Below, piece after piece: positions 54,681-63,413 of a stretch of DNA of 64,000 nucleotides. The stretch spans positions 3,946-67,945 of the forward strand of contig JBBTUL010000011.1 in NCBI GenBank assembly GCA_038063755.1. Direction: 5' to 3'. The position numbers and the translations under genes are program-made. The stretch comes from Patescibacteria group bacterium. GTDB taxonomy: Bacteria; Patescibacteriota; Minisyncoccia; UBA6257; 2-01-FULL-56-20. The notes under the pieces were generated by a model that was not told the origin of the DNA, did no database searches, and saw only the letters and a list, made by a program, of their open reading frames with translations. Numbering within the stretch: the first letter of the stretch is position 1; every line of letters starts with the position of its first letter.

Positions 54681-55169
54681 ATGAAAAAACTAATTCGTAA
54701 TTCCCGATTGCAAAGCAATCGAGGATCCTCGATTAAATCGGGACAAAAAGGGTTTACGCTTCTCGAAATTCTTCTCGTTGTCGCCGCCATCGGTACCTTG
54801 GCCGGCATCGTTATTTTGGCCATCAATCCGAACAAACAGCTTGGTGACACGAGGAACGCCCAACGGAAAGCCGATGTGAATACGATCCTGAATGCCATCT
54901 ATCAATATTCGATTGATAATAACGGAGCATTACCGGCGGCTATTACCACCGGCTCGGTAGCAATCTGCAGAACTGGCGCTGTCTGTACCGGCTTGATCGA
55001 TCTGGGCGTGCTTACCGCCAATGAGAAATATCTCACGTCAATACCGTTTGATCCGAACGGATCCACTGCGACCAGTACGGGCTATACGGTCATCAAATCC
55101 GTCAATAACAGAATAACCATAGCGGCTCCGAGTGCCGAACAGAGTGCAGTTATTAGTGTCACAAGATAA
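54681..55169 (+). CDS. pilA: Type IV major-pilin-like protein (PilA-like) with long leader and C-terminal disulfide loop
   Basis: ...GQKG|FTLLEILLVVAAIGTLAG. Cys pair CRTGAVC. Strong terminator follows. Confidence 0.8.
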   Translation: MKKLIRNSRLQSNRGSSIKSGQKGFTLLEILLVVAAIGTLAGIVILAINPNKQLGDTRNAQRKADVNTILNAIYQYSIDNNGALPAAITTGSVAICRTGAVCTGLIDLGVLTANEKYLTSIPFDPNGSTATSTGYTVIKSVNNRITIAAPSAEQSAVISVTR

Positions 55170-55293
55170 TCTCGTTGAGATGCCTGATTCCCAGACTGAT
55201 AAGGGGCGTCGCGGAACTTTAAACCACTATTACAATAGGTATATATTAGTGTAATATGCGTTTACATAATCATGCCTAATCTTCAAGACAAAA

Positions 55294-55322
55294 AGACCGC
55301 CGATTCGTTCGGTGGTTTTTTG
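55294..55322 (+). terminator. Rho-independent terminator (ACCGCCGA-ttcgt-TCGGTGGT + T6)
   Basis: 8-bp stem with one G-U pair, then TTTTTT. 125 nt after the pilA stop. Confidence 0.65.
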
Positions 55323-55567
55323 CTCTGGATACGGCGCTCAGTCCTGCCGGCAGGCAGGCGATATGACGTGGGTGGGACAGAGTGCTTTCGCTTTTCAGTT
55401 ATCGCCGCTCCTCGATTGAGATAACCGGAATTGGTGACATCTCGCCGTGCATAAGTGCGGAGCAAAACCCCGCACTAAGGGCCAGACACGCCAGACTTTA
55501 TCCACCAACAGATTCGGCGGCCTTCTGGTGCGTGGGTAGGGGGAGGTGGGCTAATGACGAACGAAAT

Positions 55568-55597
55568 AAAGCGGAAAACCATTCGCTTTATTTTTTT
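55568..55597. terminator. Bidirectional terminator hairpin (AAAGCG-10 nt loop-CGCTTT) flanked by A-run and T7
   Basis: Abuts the stop of the minus-strand P-loop kinase. It would also terminate any + strand transcript from the 55.33-55.57 kb element. Confidence 0.5.
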
Positions 55598-55599
55598 GA

Positions 55600-56145
55600 T
55601 TATAAATCCAGCCTACTCGCGAGCTGTTCTACGTCTCCATCGTTTTCTACCACAACCACCTGATATTCCTTTGCCTCTCGGATCAAATAGTCCTGAATTA
55701 TTCTTACGGCCCTAAAAATTTCTTCCTGAAGATCGCTGTGCTCTCGATGCTTGAAGTATTGGGAGTAATGTTTTTTCTCGTCGGGTGTGACGACAAGGAT
55801 CAACTTTCCATGCGGGGCAACCAATGCAGGGTTAAGAAATGCGGCTTCCATGATTAATTTGTCCGGATATTTTGCCATCTCATTTTCGACATATGGTGCC
55901 ATGCTGTTGCGAACCGCCCGAAGTCCCTTGGTGACATTCTCTTCGGTCAGTTTCCCAAACTCGCGATACGCTTCTTTGGTTCCAACCCACACAAAAGGAT
56001 CCTCTTCCCGGGTTTTTTCTTTTTGAGCCACGACTTCCCGCAAGAAATCAGCTTCAACCAATGGATAGTGAAATTTCTTTTGAAGTTCGAGGCTAAGGGT
56101 GGTCTTTCCCGATCCGGGAGCGCCATAAATTAGGATTTTGTTCAT
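55600..56145 (-). CDS. P-loop NTPase / small-molecule or nucleotide kinase-like protein
   Basis: MNKILIYGAPGSGKTTLS Walker A at the N-terminus. The ORF opens at 56205. AT-rich. Confidence 0.6.
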   Translation of the reverse strand: MNKILIYGAPGSGKTTLSLELQKKFHYPLVEADFLREVVAQKEKTREEDPFVWVGTKEAYREFGKLTEENVTKGLRAVRNSMAPYVENEMAKYPDKLIMEAAFLNPALVAPHGKLILVVTPDEKKHYSQYFKHREHSDLQEEIFRAVRIIQDYLIREAKEYQVVVVENDGDVEQLASRLDL

Positions 56146-56219
56146 CGGGTCAATGATAATGGTTAAACGGAACGGCGTTCCCAAAGTGCCGTCAGGATCT
56201 CTCAACTATTCCTGCAAAA

Positions 56220-56750
56220 TTAGATTAAAGAATCAAAAACCACACACTTTAATCGTATCAACCCCTTTTTTATTGTATCGGGGTTTGTTTTTTTGTAATA
56301 ACTGATTTCAGCTCCATATCCTGGATGAACTGCAAATATCGGATGTTTAAAAACCGGTCCAAGTCCCCACTTAGAAATCACAATGTTTCCGCCCTGAAAA
56401 ATACCAGCGTGCTTAATCACTTTATTATTTTTATAAATAATATAATCACCAACAACGGGGCTTGATATCTCTTTAAGTATTTTCCCATCAACCAACTCTT
56501 GAACACGATTTTCAGTTCCCAACAGCGCACGTTCAAAGGATGCGTCATTGTTTAGTCCAAATGCATAAACATAACAATTATGACAAGCATCATTTTTGAT
56601 GGGCAATCGAAAAAGATTTAATCCTTCAGGAAGATGCGGATGTATATTTTTTTTAAATTGGTCGGGATCATTCCAATCACTCGCATTATCATTTCGATAA
56701 TTTGATGCGATCCACCTTCTAAGCAATTTTTCTTTTTCTGTTACATTCAT
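56220..56750 (-). CDS. Putative papain-like Cys/His amidase (NlpC/P60- or YiiX-like)
   Basis: Candidate Cys (DACHNCYVYAFG) and His (KVIKHAGIF...ISKWG) motifs in NlpC/P60-like order. AT-rich. Weak assignment. Confidence 0.4.
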   Translation of the reverse strand: MNVTEKEKLLRRWIASNYRNDNASDWNDPDQFKKNIHPHLPEGLNLFRLPIKNDACHNCYVYAFGLNNDASFERALLGTENRVQELVDGKILKEISSPVVGDYIIYKNNKVIKHAGIFQGGNIVISKWGLGPVFKHPIFAVHPGYGAEISYYKKTNPDTIKKGLIRLKCVVFDSLI

Positions 56751-56905
56751 TATTTAACAAAGAGGGTCTACCTTACTTTTTACCTTTCCGAAGCATAGGA
56801 GCTGCTAAAACCTGGTTCTTTTGGATATATTAGCCCCGCTATCGCTTCGCTCAGACGGGGCATAAGGCTTTCTAATCGCGGATACCCGATAAGAAAAGCC
56901 TAATG

Positions 56906-56976
56906 CTGGGGGTCAGGGACTCGAACCCCGATACCTGCCTCCAAAGGGCAGTGTCCTACCATTAGACGAACCCCCA
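56906..56976 (-). tRNA. tRNA-Pro (anticodon TGG), CCA not encoded
   Basis: Reverse complement folds as TGGGGGT-TC-GTCT..GGAC-A-CTGCC-TTTGGAG-GGCAG-GTAT-CGGGG-TTCGAGT-CCCTG-ACCCCCA-G. Confidence 0.85.
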
Positions 56977-57218
56977 ACGTACTTCACTATTAGATCAGTC
57001 TCGACTAGACATCAAGTCTAGGCGGGCGATCCCCCAAACGTCACTAAGCCGTTATATTATTCGCCGAATCACCCGAAAAGGCAACATATGTGCCGAGAGT
57101 TAATATAAGGAAAAGGTAAAAATGTGTTAAAATTTTTCAGTGAACCTCTTTCGGAAAAAACACGAAGGGCGGCGGTTTTTCGGCATTCGAAAAGTTCGGC
57201 ACGAATCCAACATGTTTC

Positions 57219-58190
57219 ATGACAAATAAGTTTTCCTCACTCTTTTCAAATAGGCGATTCTCCCTCTGGCTTGGAGTATTTTGTGCGGTAAGCGTCGTCT
57301 TTTCGTTTTGGCTTCTTATGTTCCGCATTCCAGCCATCCGGCGCGAAGCGCAACAGAGTTTTTACCACCAATATCCGCTCCTCGACCCCGCACGGAACTT
57401 CGTTGCCCAGGATGACTTCATCGTCAATCTTCAACCGCTTCGCGAGGAGCTGCGCGATCTCGTAAAATGGGAGTATCCTCGATCCGTTTCGCTCTATTTC
57501 GAGTTTCTGAACACCGGCGCGAACATCGCGATCAACCAAGACCTGAATGTTTGGCCTGCTTCATTGCCGAAAGTGCCGATGGCGATGGCGGTCTTGAAAA
57601 AAGTCGAGCAAGGGGTTTGGTCAATGGGTCAAAAATTCGAACTTTTGGAGTCCGACAAGGACGCGAACTACGGATCGCTTTTCAACGTGCCCTCGGGAAC
57701 CATTCTTTCGCTCGAGAGACTTTTATCCGAGATGCTTTCACGTTCCGACAATACGGCGTATAAGGTTTTTCTGCGCAATGTCAGCACAAGGGAACTGGAT
57801 GATGTTATTTTGGAGCTCGGGTTGGAAGATCTTTTCACGGAGGACGGGTTGGTGAGTTCAAAAGAGTATTCGCGCCTTTTCCGTTCCATCTACACTTCGA
57901 GCTTCCTCAAGCGTGAATACTCGACCCGTATCCTCGAGTTGCTCGCCAAATCCGACTTCAAGGACTTTCTCGCTTCAGGACTACCATCCGAAATTATATT
58001 CCCGCATAAGTTCGGGATAGACCGGACAAGAGACGCATATCTTGATGCCGGCATCGTTTACGTTCCCGACAGGCCCTACCTCATTACGGTTGCGGTTCAG
58101 GGAGAAGGCGGCCCTGGCGAAGAAGAGAAGGTCCGGGAATTTATGAAAGAGGTTTCTCGAAAGGCCTACGAATACATCTCGGCGCAATAA
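57219..58190 (+). CDS. Membrane-anchored class A beta-lactamase-like serine hydrolase (PBP-like)
   Basis: N-terminal TM helix. SxxK (SLPK), SDN (SRSDNTAYKV) and KTG-like (HKFG) motifs in canonical order. Confidence 0.7.
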   Translation: MTNKFSSLFSNRRFSLWLGVFCAVSVVFSFWLLMFRIPAIRREAQQSFYHQYPLLDPARNFVAQDDFIVNLQPLREELRDLVKWEYPRSVSLYFEFLNTGANIAINQDLNVWPASLPKVPMAMAVLKKVEQGVWSMGQKFELLESDKDANYGSLFNVPSGTILSLERLLSEMLSRSDNTAYKVFLRNVSTRELDDVILELGLEDLFTEDGLVSSKEYSRLFRSIYTSSFLKREYSTRILELLAKSDFKDFLASGLPSEIIFPHKFGIDRTRDAYLDAGIVYVPDRPYLITVAVQGEGGPGEEEKVREFMKEVSRKAYEYISAQ

Positions 58191-58192
58191 CG

Positions 58193-61100
58193 GTGCCCCA
58201 TGACCACATGAGCATTTTCTGGGAGAAAAACAAAGAGGGAAACATGATCGACGCGTTGGGTCGGAGGAAGAGCCTCTCTTTTATTTTCTCGCTGGGCCGC
58301 CGAAATACCCGTGGTGTGGTTGACCTCCGACTGCCCTTTCGCCGACGATATCCCGTCATAGCCGCATCCCTGCTCCTTGTAACCGTCATAGCCGCTTTCG
58401 GCGCGCGATCACTCCTTACGAAGGCGGAGGTGACCGATTTTCATCCGCTTACGTGTCTCGGGAGCTGGGAACATACATCCCGAGCCGAGGGGAAACCAGA
58501 AGCTCTTAACGATGCCACACTTCTCACGGCGGATGTTTCCGCGATATTTACGCAACCGACGAGCCAAATTTTTTGCGGCAACTTCATTCCTGATGATTTT
58601 AAAGAAGCAGGCACGATAACGAGTGTGGGATTGACCTTTACGTGGAAGATTGAAGGAGGGGATCAAGAGGGAAGTGTTGACCAATCCTCATCGGAAGAAA
58701 CGGTATTGCCTCCGGCAGGCGAAACGAATTTGGAGATGCCGACATCATCGGCACTTCTCGCGCCGAAGATAAAATTCTTCAGAGTTGCAAAAGCCGAGGA
58801 GGTGGTTCCACCGGAGCCGATGCCCGCGCCGGTTGAGACCGTCCCCGAAGAAACCCCGACGCCCACCCCAACCCCAGAGCTGCCTTCACCTTCCCCGGAA
58901 GTTATTCAAGACGGCGTGTCCGAACCGGAGGCGGTTCCTGTCGAAGAAAGCATCGTTCCGGAAAATGACGCTACTCCCGACGCGACATCTGGAGAAGTCC
59001 TCGGAGAATCCCAAGAGGCGGTTCCCGTAACCTCTTCGACGGAGAATGATGCGGGTAATGGTGTCGTGGATGAAAACCAAAACCCGGAAATTCCGTCGTT
59101 TGCTCCTTCCACTCCGCCGTTTCTCCGCGTGAGCTACAGTCTTGACGGTACGAACTGGTTTTCACTCGCCGACGTTTCCAGGGAGATGCTTGCCCAACTT
59201 ACGGTTTCCATTCCGCTTACTTCGTGGAGCGATCTAAAAAAACTTCAGATAGGGATCGAGGGAGTCCCTGCGGCGCTTCCGGTGCTTCCTAGAGTTCTCC
59301 TCGACGGGATGCTTCTCGAGGTGCACTACGAGATACCGCCGCTTTTCACGAACAACGAGCCGGACGAAGATATTGTTCCCGCTCCACAGGGATCGCTTCT
59401 TCCCGTTGTTCCCGTACTGCCTGCCATGGAAGGAGCGAGCACCGGCACTCCGCCTTCTTTCGGAGGAGATGAGTCGCCGAGTTTCGAGCTTGATATGGAT
59501 TCGCTCACGCCTATTCCGGAAAGTGAACTGCCTCCGCTTTCGTTTCACCATCCCGCGACAAGGAACTCTCTTTTTGGAAAAATAGCGAAGTGGTTGGGGG
59601 TCACCGGTTCCGCATTCGCACAGCAAAACGGAGAAACCCCGCCGCCGCTCCCCACGGCAGAAAACCCGATCATCGCGAGAGTTTTTAACCACGGGGACGA
59701 TGAGTTGGATATCCTTCCCCAGGTACTTCTTTCCAACAACCGCCTTAGGGTTAATGTTCCTCAACCGGCGGATCAGTTTGCTCCCGGGAAATATCTCCTC
59801 CGCGTCTGGGTGTGGCGCAACGGGAACATTTATTACACGGAAAACTCGTTTACCTGGGGCGTTCTCGCGATGAATCCGAACAAATTCGTTTATCTTCCGG
59901 GAGAGACATCGAAGATTGGCATCGCGGTTCTCGACGAGGGAGGTGACATGGTCTGCGATGCCAATGTCCGGCTCGAGATCACCACGCCCTCCAGCACGGT
60001 GCGCACGCGCGCGACGAGTGACGGAAGTATTGTCGTGAACGAGGAATGTAATCTCAAGGGATTTACGGAGAGACCGGACTACGAAACCGATTATCAAGTA
60101 GAAGAGCCGGGTATCTATCAGACGAGGCTTACGGCGACAACGGAGAACGGAACGCATACCATATACGATTCATTCGAAGTGCGTGAGTCAGTTTCATTCG
60201 ATATCGAGCGAAAATCGGCCACGCGCATTTACCCTCCCACACCGTATCCCGTCCGCATTGCGATCAAGACAACAGAGGCGTTTTCCGGAGATATCGAAGA
60301 GCGCGTACCGCTCTCCTTCGAGGTGAAGCACATATCCCACGGAGGACAAGTTGTCCGCCGGAACGAGGACCAGGTTATTCGATGGGCGGTCGATCTCCCT
60401 GCGGGAGGAACAATCGAGCTTCTGTACGATTATCTTGCTCCCGAAGTAAGTCCCCAGTTCTACCTTCTCGGCCCCCTTCGGGTCGGTACTTTCTCCGAGA
60501 CCCGGCGTTGGCAGATCGCCGCCGACGCGATCGCTTCAAACTCGGCGAGGACGTTCTACAGCGTTACCAATAATGCGGGAAGACTCATGTGGGCTACGGG
60601 AGCATCGAATTCAACGGGAGCCGAAATCGCCGGTCCGGTCGGAACGGCTGCCACCTCCTCTTTTGTGAAAGCGGCACATGGACCGACCAGGGACGAGATT
60701 TTGGCCGGAATGATAAAACGTGATGGACTGCTTGCATTGTCGCTCGTTATCGGAAACCAGGATGCCGCAGGGGATGCGGTGCTTCAGTTTGATCAGGCAA
60801 GCGTCACTTCGGCTCAAGCATGCGATGCGGTGACATTCGGTTCCTGTTGGCGCGCATTTGATATCGCTTACGAACAACTATCGGGAGAGGGAATGGTCGC
60901 ATTTGCGAGCACGACGGCATCGCGGCTCGCGTATCGTACCTGGGACGGTACAAATTGGTCTCCGGCGACAACGAGCGCTCCGAGCGTTGTGAATATGGGG
61001 GGTACCGGCGCAATCCGGTGGGTAAGGCTTATTCCAAGAGGGGAAATGCTCAAAGGAAGCCGCTCGGACGAAATACTTGTTATCACTTCGGATGCCAACT

Positions 61101-63316
61101 CCGATATCTTCGCAGGTATTTGGAATGGTTCGGCATGGACCGCCACAACAACCATCACCGCCGCCGCCTCGACGTTCCACACACAGAATTTTGACGGAGC
61201 ATGGGAGGAATCCTCCGGAGACGCGATGGTTGTCTGGGCGGAGGGAACAGCGGCGACCACCACTCCGTATCGATACAAGAAATGGACGCGATCCTCGACG
61301 ACATGGGCTTCTTCGGGGTTGCCCCTGCCGGCGATGGGAGCATCGCATATCGGACACTGGGTTGCGGCAAAGGCGGCGCCTATCGCGGGCAAAAATCATA
61401 TTGCGGTTATTACAAGCTCGGCGACCGCCGTCGGGAATAATTGCGGCACCGGAACCAACTGCCGAGCTCAACCATTTATTTGGGACGGTTCAGGTTTTAC
61501 GATGGGAAACGAATGGACGTCGCAAGAACCCGTCTGGCAACAAGCCGTGAACGTTGCGGTTGAATCGGTGAATACAAACGTACAGGTCTTTTACGCATCT
61601 TCTATTGCGCAGAGCACCACCGTTGTAAGTTCCTATGAAACATGGATAGAAGGAACGGGATTTTCCGCCGTAACCACTCTTGCCGGGTCAATGGGAGATG
61701 ATCTTGCGGGGGTACAAACGACGGCGCACCCGAATTCCACCGAAGTGTTTGTGACGGTTGAAGATGTTGATGCCGACTGTAACGGCATTGCGTGGAACGG
61801 GGCGACGACGACGGCCGCATGGGATATAACGGGGTGTAACTCCGCCGGAGAGACCGCGCTTGCTCCTCTGTCTCACACGGCGCAACCGAGCGAAGGATCC
61901 GCATTTTGGGTGGTAGCGAAGCCCTACTCGCCATGGCAGAGGAACTGGCGTTTCTACGGAGACATTACGGAAAACGACCCGGACAACACTGCGGACGTCT
62001 TGGGGACGAGCGAAAACGGATCCCCGGCGATTTCCCAGGAAGGATTCGCCCGGCTCCGAATGCAGTTTGTGGAATTAACGAACATTGCCCAGACCGATGC
62101 CCGAAAGAAGATCCAATGGACCACGGAAAACCCGGACTATTCGACATCCACCTGGACCGACGTGGGAGATACGTCGGAAACAGGAGCGGTGTGGAGATAT
62201 GCGACAGCGGCGGAAACATGCGCCAACTGTAGTGACAACACCACAATCGGAGCGACTCGTCTTACGGGAAGTTCGCAGTCCGGTACTTATATTTCGGACA
62301 AGGACGCGGCTGCGGGAACAGGAATGGATCACACTGCGCTTGCGCTCTCGGAATACGATTATCCGATTAAGGCGGAAAACGCAACCTCGGGTACCACATA
62401 CTATTTCCGCGCGTACGACAACGACCAGCTCACTCCCGTCTTTCGGGAGCAGGACAGCGACGGATCCAACGACTGCTCAAGCGCGGCATGTGTGTATCCA
62501 AGCGCCACCGTTCAAGCGCCAGCCAATAACCTTCCGACACTTTCCGCGCTCTTACTAAACGGAGGGTCGGCTATCACTGTTATAGAAAATACCTCGACTT
62601 CAATTGCGGTTACGGGTACTGCCACGGATCTCGATGGAAACGCGGACATTTCTTTCGCGACGGGAACCATCTACCGGTCGGGAGTCGGCGGGGGAGCCTC
62701 ATGCACGAGCAACGAGAATAATTGTTATCGCGTCGCATCCTCTTCATGTGCCAAATCAAACTGTTCGGGAAACAGTTGTGATTTCACCTGCACCGCGAAG
62801 ATACAGTATTTTGCGGACCCTACCGACTCGGGAGCGTTCTCTGCGGAAAACTGGCTTGGACAAATCACTGCGACGGATGCCGCGGGAGCGACGGGAGTTT
62901 CGACAACCGTCTCCGGTGTCGAACTCAACACGCTTTTTTCGCTGAATATCACCAATTCAATTAATTTCGGAAGTCTCCTGCCGGGAGGGGATAGCGGTGC
63001 CGTAAATCAGATTGCAACAACCACGAACACCGGGAATGCGGCGATCGATGTCGAATTCTCCGGGACAAATATGGTTTTCGGCGCGAATACCATCGCCGTA
63101 GGAAATGAAAGATACGCGACAAGCACCTTCACCTATTCGAGTTGTACGGTTTGTACCGCTCTTACCACCATTGCCACCGCCTACGAACTTGATCTTGCGA
63201 AACCTACCTCGACGGCTGTTGTGGAAGACACCGTTTTTTGGGGGTTAAGCGTACCGAACGGGAACCCGCCGGGAAGCTATACCGGTACGAGCACGTTTAC
63301 CGCGGTGACGGACTAA
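58193..63316 (+). CDS. Giant surface protein (1707 aa): TM anchor, Pro/Thr/Glu-rich linker, WDG(S/T)xW repeat region, C-terminal Cys-containing NNCYR domain
   Basis: GTG start. TM near aa 50-72. PEPMPAPVETVPEETPTPTPTPELPSPSPE linker. Repeats YRTWDGTNWS / IWNGSAWT / IWDGSGFT. C-terminal domain with the CTSNENNCYR motif. Confidence 0.8.
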   Translation: MPHDHMSIFWEKNKEGNMIDALGRRKSLSFIFSLGRRNTRGVVDLRLPFRRRYPVIAASLLLVTVIAAFGARSLLTKAEVTDFHPLTCLGSWEHTSRAEGKPEALNDATLLTADVSAIFTQPTSQIFCGNFIPDDFKEAGTITSVGLTFTWKIEGGDQEGSVDQSSSEETVLPPAGETNLEMPTSSALLAPKIKFFRVAKAEEVVPPEPMPAPVETVPEETPTPTPTPELPSPSPEVIQDGVSEPEAVPVEESIVPENDATPDATSGEVLGESQEAVPVTSSTENDAGNGVVDENQNPEIPSFAPSTPPFLRVSYSLDGTNWFSLADVSREMLAQLTVSIPLTSWSDLKKLQIGIEGVPAALPVLPRVLLDGMLLEVHYEIPPLFTNNEPDEDIVPAPQGSLLPVVPVLPAMEGASTGTPPSFGGDESPSFELDMDSLTPIPESELPPLSFHHPATRNSLFGKIAKWLGVTGSAFAQQNGETPPPLPTAENPIIARVFNHGDDELDILPQVLLSNNRLRVNVPQPADQFAPGKYLLRVWVWRNGNIYYTENSFTWGVLAMNPNKFVYLPGETSKIGIAVLDEGGDMVCDANVRLEITTPSSTVRTRATSDGSIVVNEECNLKGFTERPDYETDYQVEEPGIYQTRLTATTENGTHTIYDSFEVRESVSFDIERKSATRIYPPTPYPVRIAIKTTEAFSGDIEERVPLSFEVKHISHGGQVVRRNEDQVIRWAVDLPAGGTIELLYDYLAPEVSPQFYLLGPLRVGTFSETRRWQIAADAIASNSARTFYSVTNNAGRLMWATGASNSTGAEIAGPVGTAATSSFVKAAHGPTRDEILAGMIKRDGLLALSLVIGNQDAAGDAVLQFDQASVTSAQACDAVTFGSCWRAFDIAYEQLSGEGMVAFASTTASRLAYRTWDGTNWSPATTSAPSVVNMGGTGAIRWVRLIPRGEMLKGSRSDEILVITSDANSDIFAGIWNGSAWTATTTITAAASTFHTQNFDGAWEESSGDAMVVWAEGTAATTTPYRYKKWTRSSTTWASSGLPLPAMGASHIGHWVAAKAAPIAGKNHIAVITSSATAVGNNCGTGTNCRAQPFIWDGSGFTMGNEWTSQEPVWQQAVNVAVESVNTNVQVFYASSIAQSTTVVSSYETWIEGTGFSAVTTLAGSMGDDLAGVQTTAHPNSTEVFVTVEDVDADCNGIAWNGATTTAAWDITGCNSAGETALAPLSHTAQPSEGSAFWVVAKPYSPWQRNWRFYGDITENDPDNTADVLGTSENGSPAISQEGFARLRMQFVELTNIAQTDARKKIQWTTENPDYSTSTWTDVGDTSETGAVWRYATAAETCANCSDNTTIGATRLTGSSQSGTYISDKDAAAGTGMDHTALALSEYDYPIKAENATSGTTYYFRAYDNDQLTPVFREQDSDGSNDCSSAACVYPSATVQAPANNLPTLSALLLNGGSAITVIENTSTSIAVTGTATDLDGNADISFATGTIYRSGVGGGASCTSNENNCYRVASSSCAKSNCSGNSCDFTCTAKIQYFADPTDSGAFSAENWLGQITATDAAGATGVSTTVSGVELNTLFSLNITNSINFGSLLPGGDSGAVNQIATTTNTGNAAIDVEFSGTNMVFGANTIAVGNERYATSTFTYSSCTVCTALTTIATAYELDLAKPTSTAVVEDTVFWGLSVPNGNPPGSYTGTSTFTAVTD

Positions 63317-63413
63317 TGGGGAATTGTGCACATGTGGGCGCTTTCCGCCTCAAGGCATCTCTGATACAATGGAACCGAGGGGGAAAAATAAAAACTTTAT
63401 AAAATGAACCCAA

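Noticed and set aside
55382-55663. 93-aa ORF inside the GC-rich 55.33-55.6 kb element
   Set aside because: No RBS or promoter, low-complexity Ser/Arg-rich translation, and it runs through a terminator hairpin. The region is better treated as non-coding.
56968-57041. Possible att-site duplication of the tRNA-Pro 5-prime end (GAACCCCCAACG versus GATCCCCCAAACG)
   Set aside because: Only ~11 nt with mismatches, and it matches the 5-prime rather than the 3-prime end of the tRNA. Insufficient to call an integration scar.
58785-59030. 81-aa Pro/Arg-rich ORF in an alternative frame of the giant-protein linker
   Set aside because: Frame artefact of the Pro/Thr/Glu-rich repetitive coding region.
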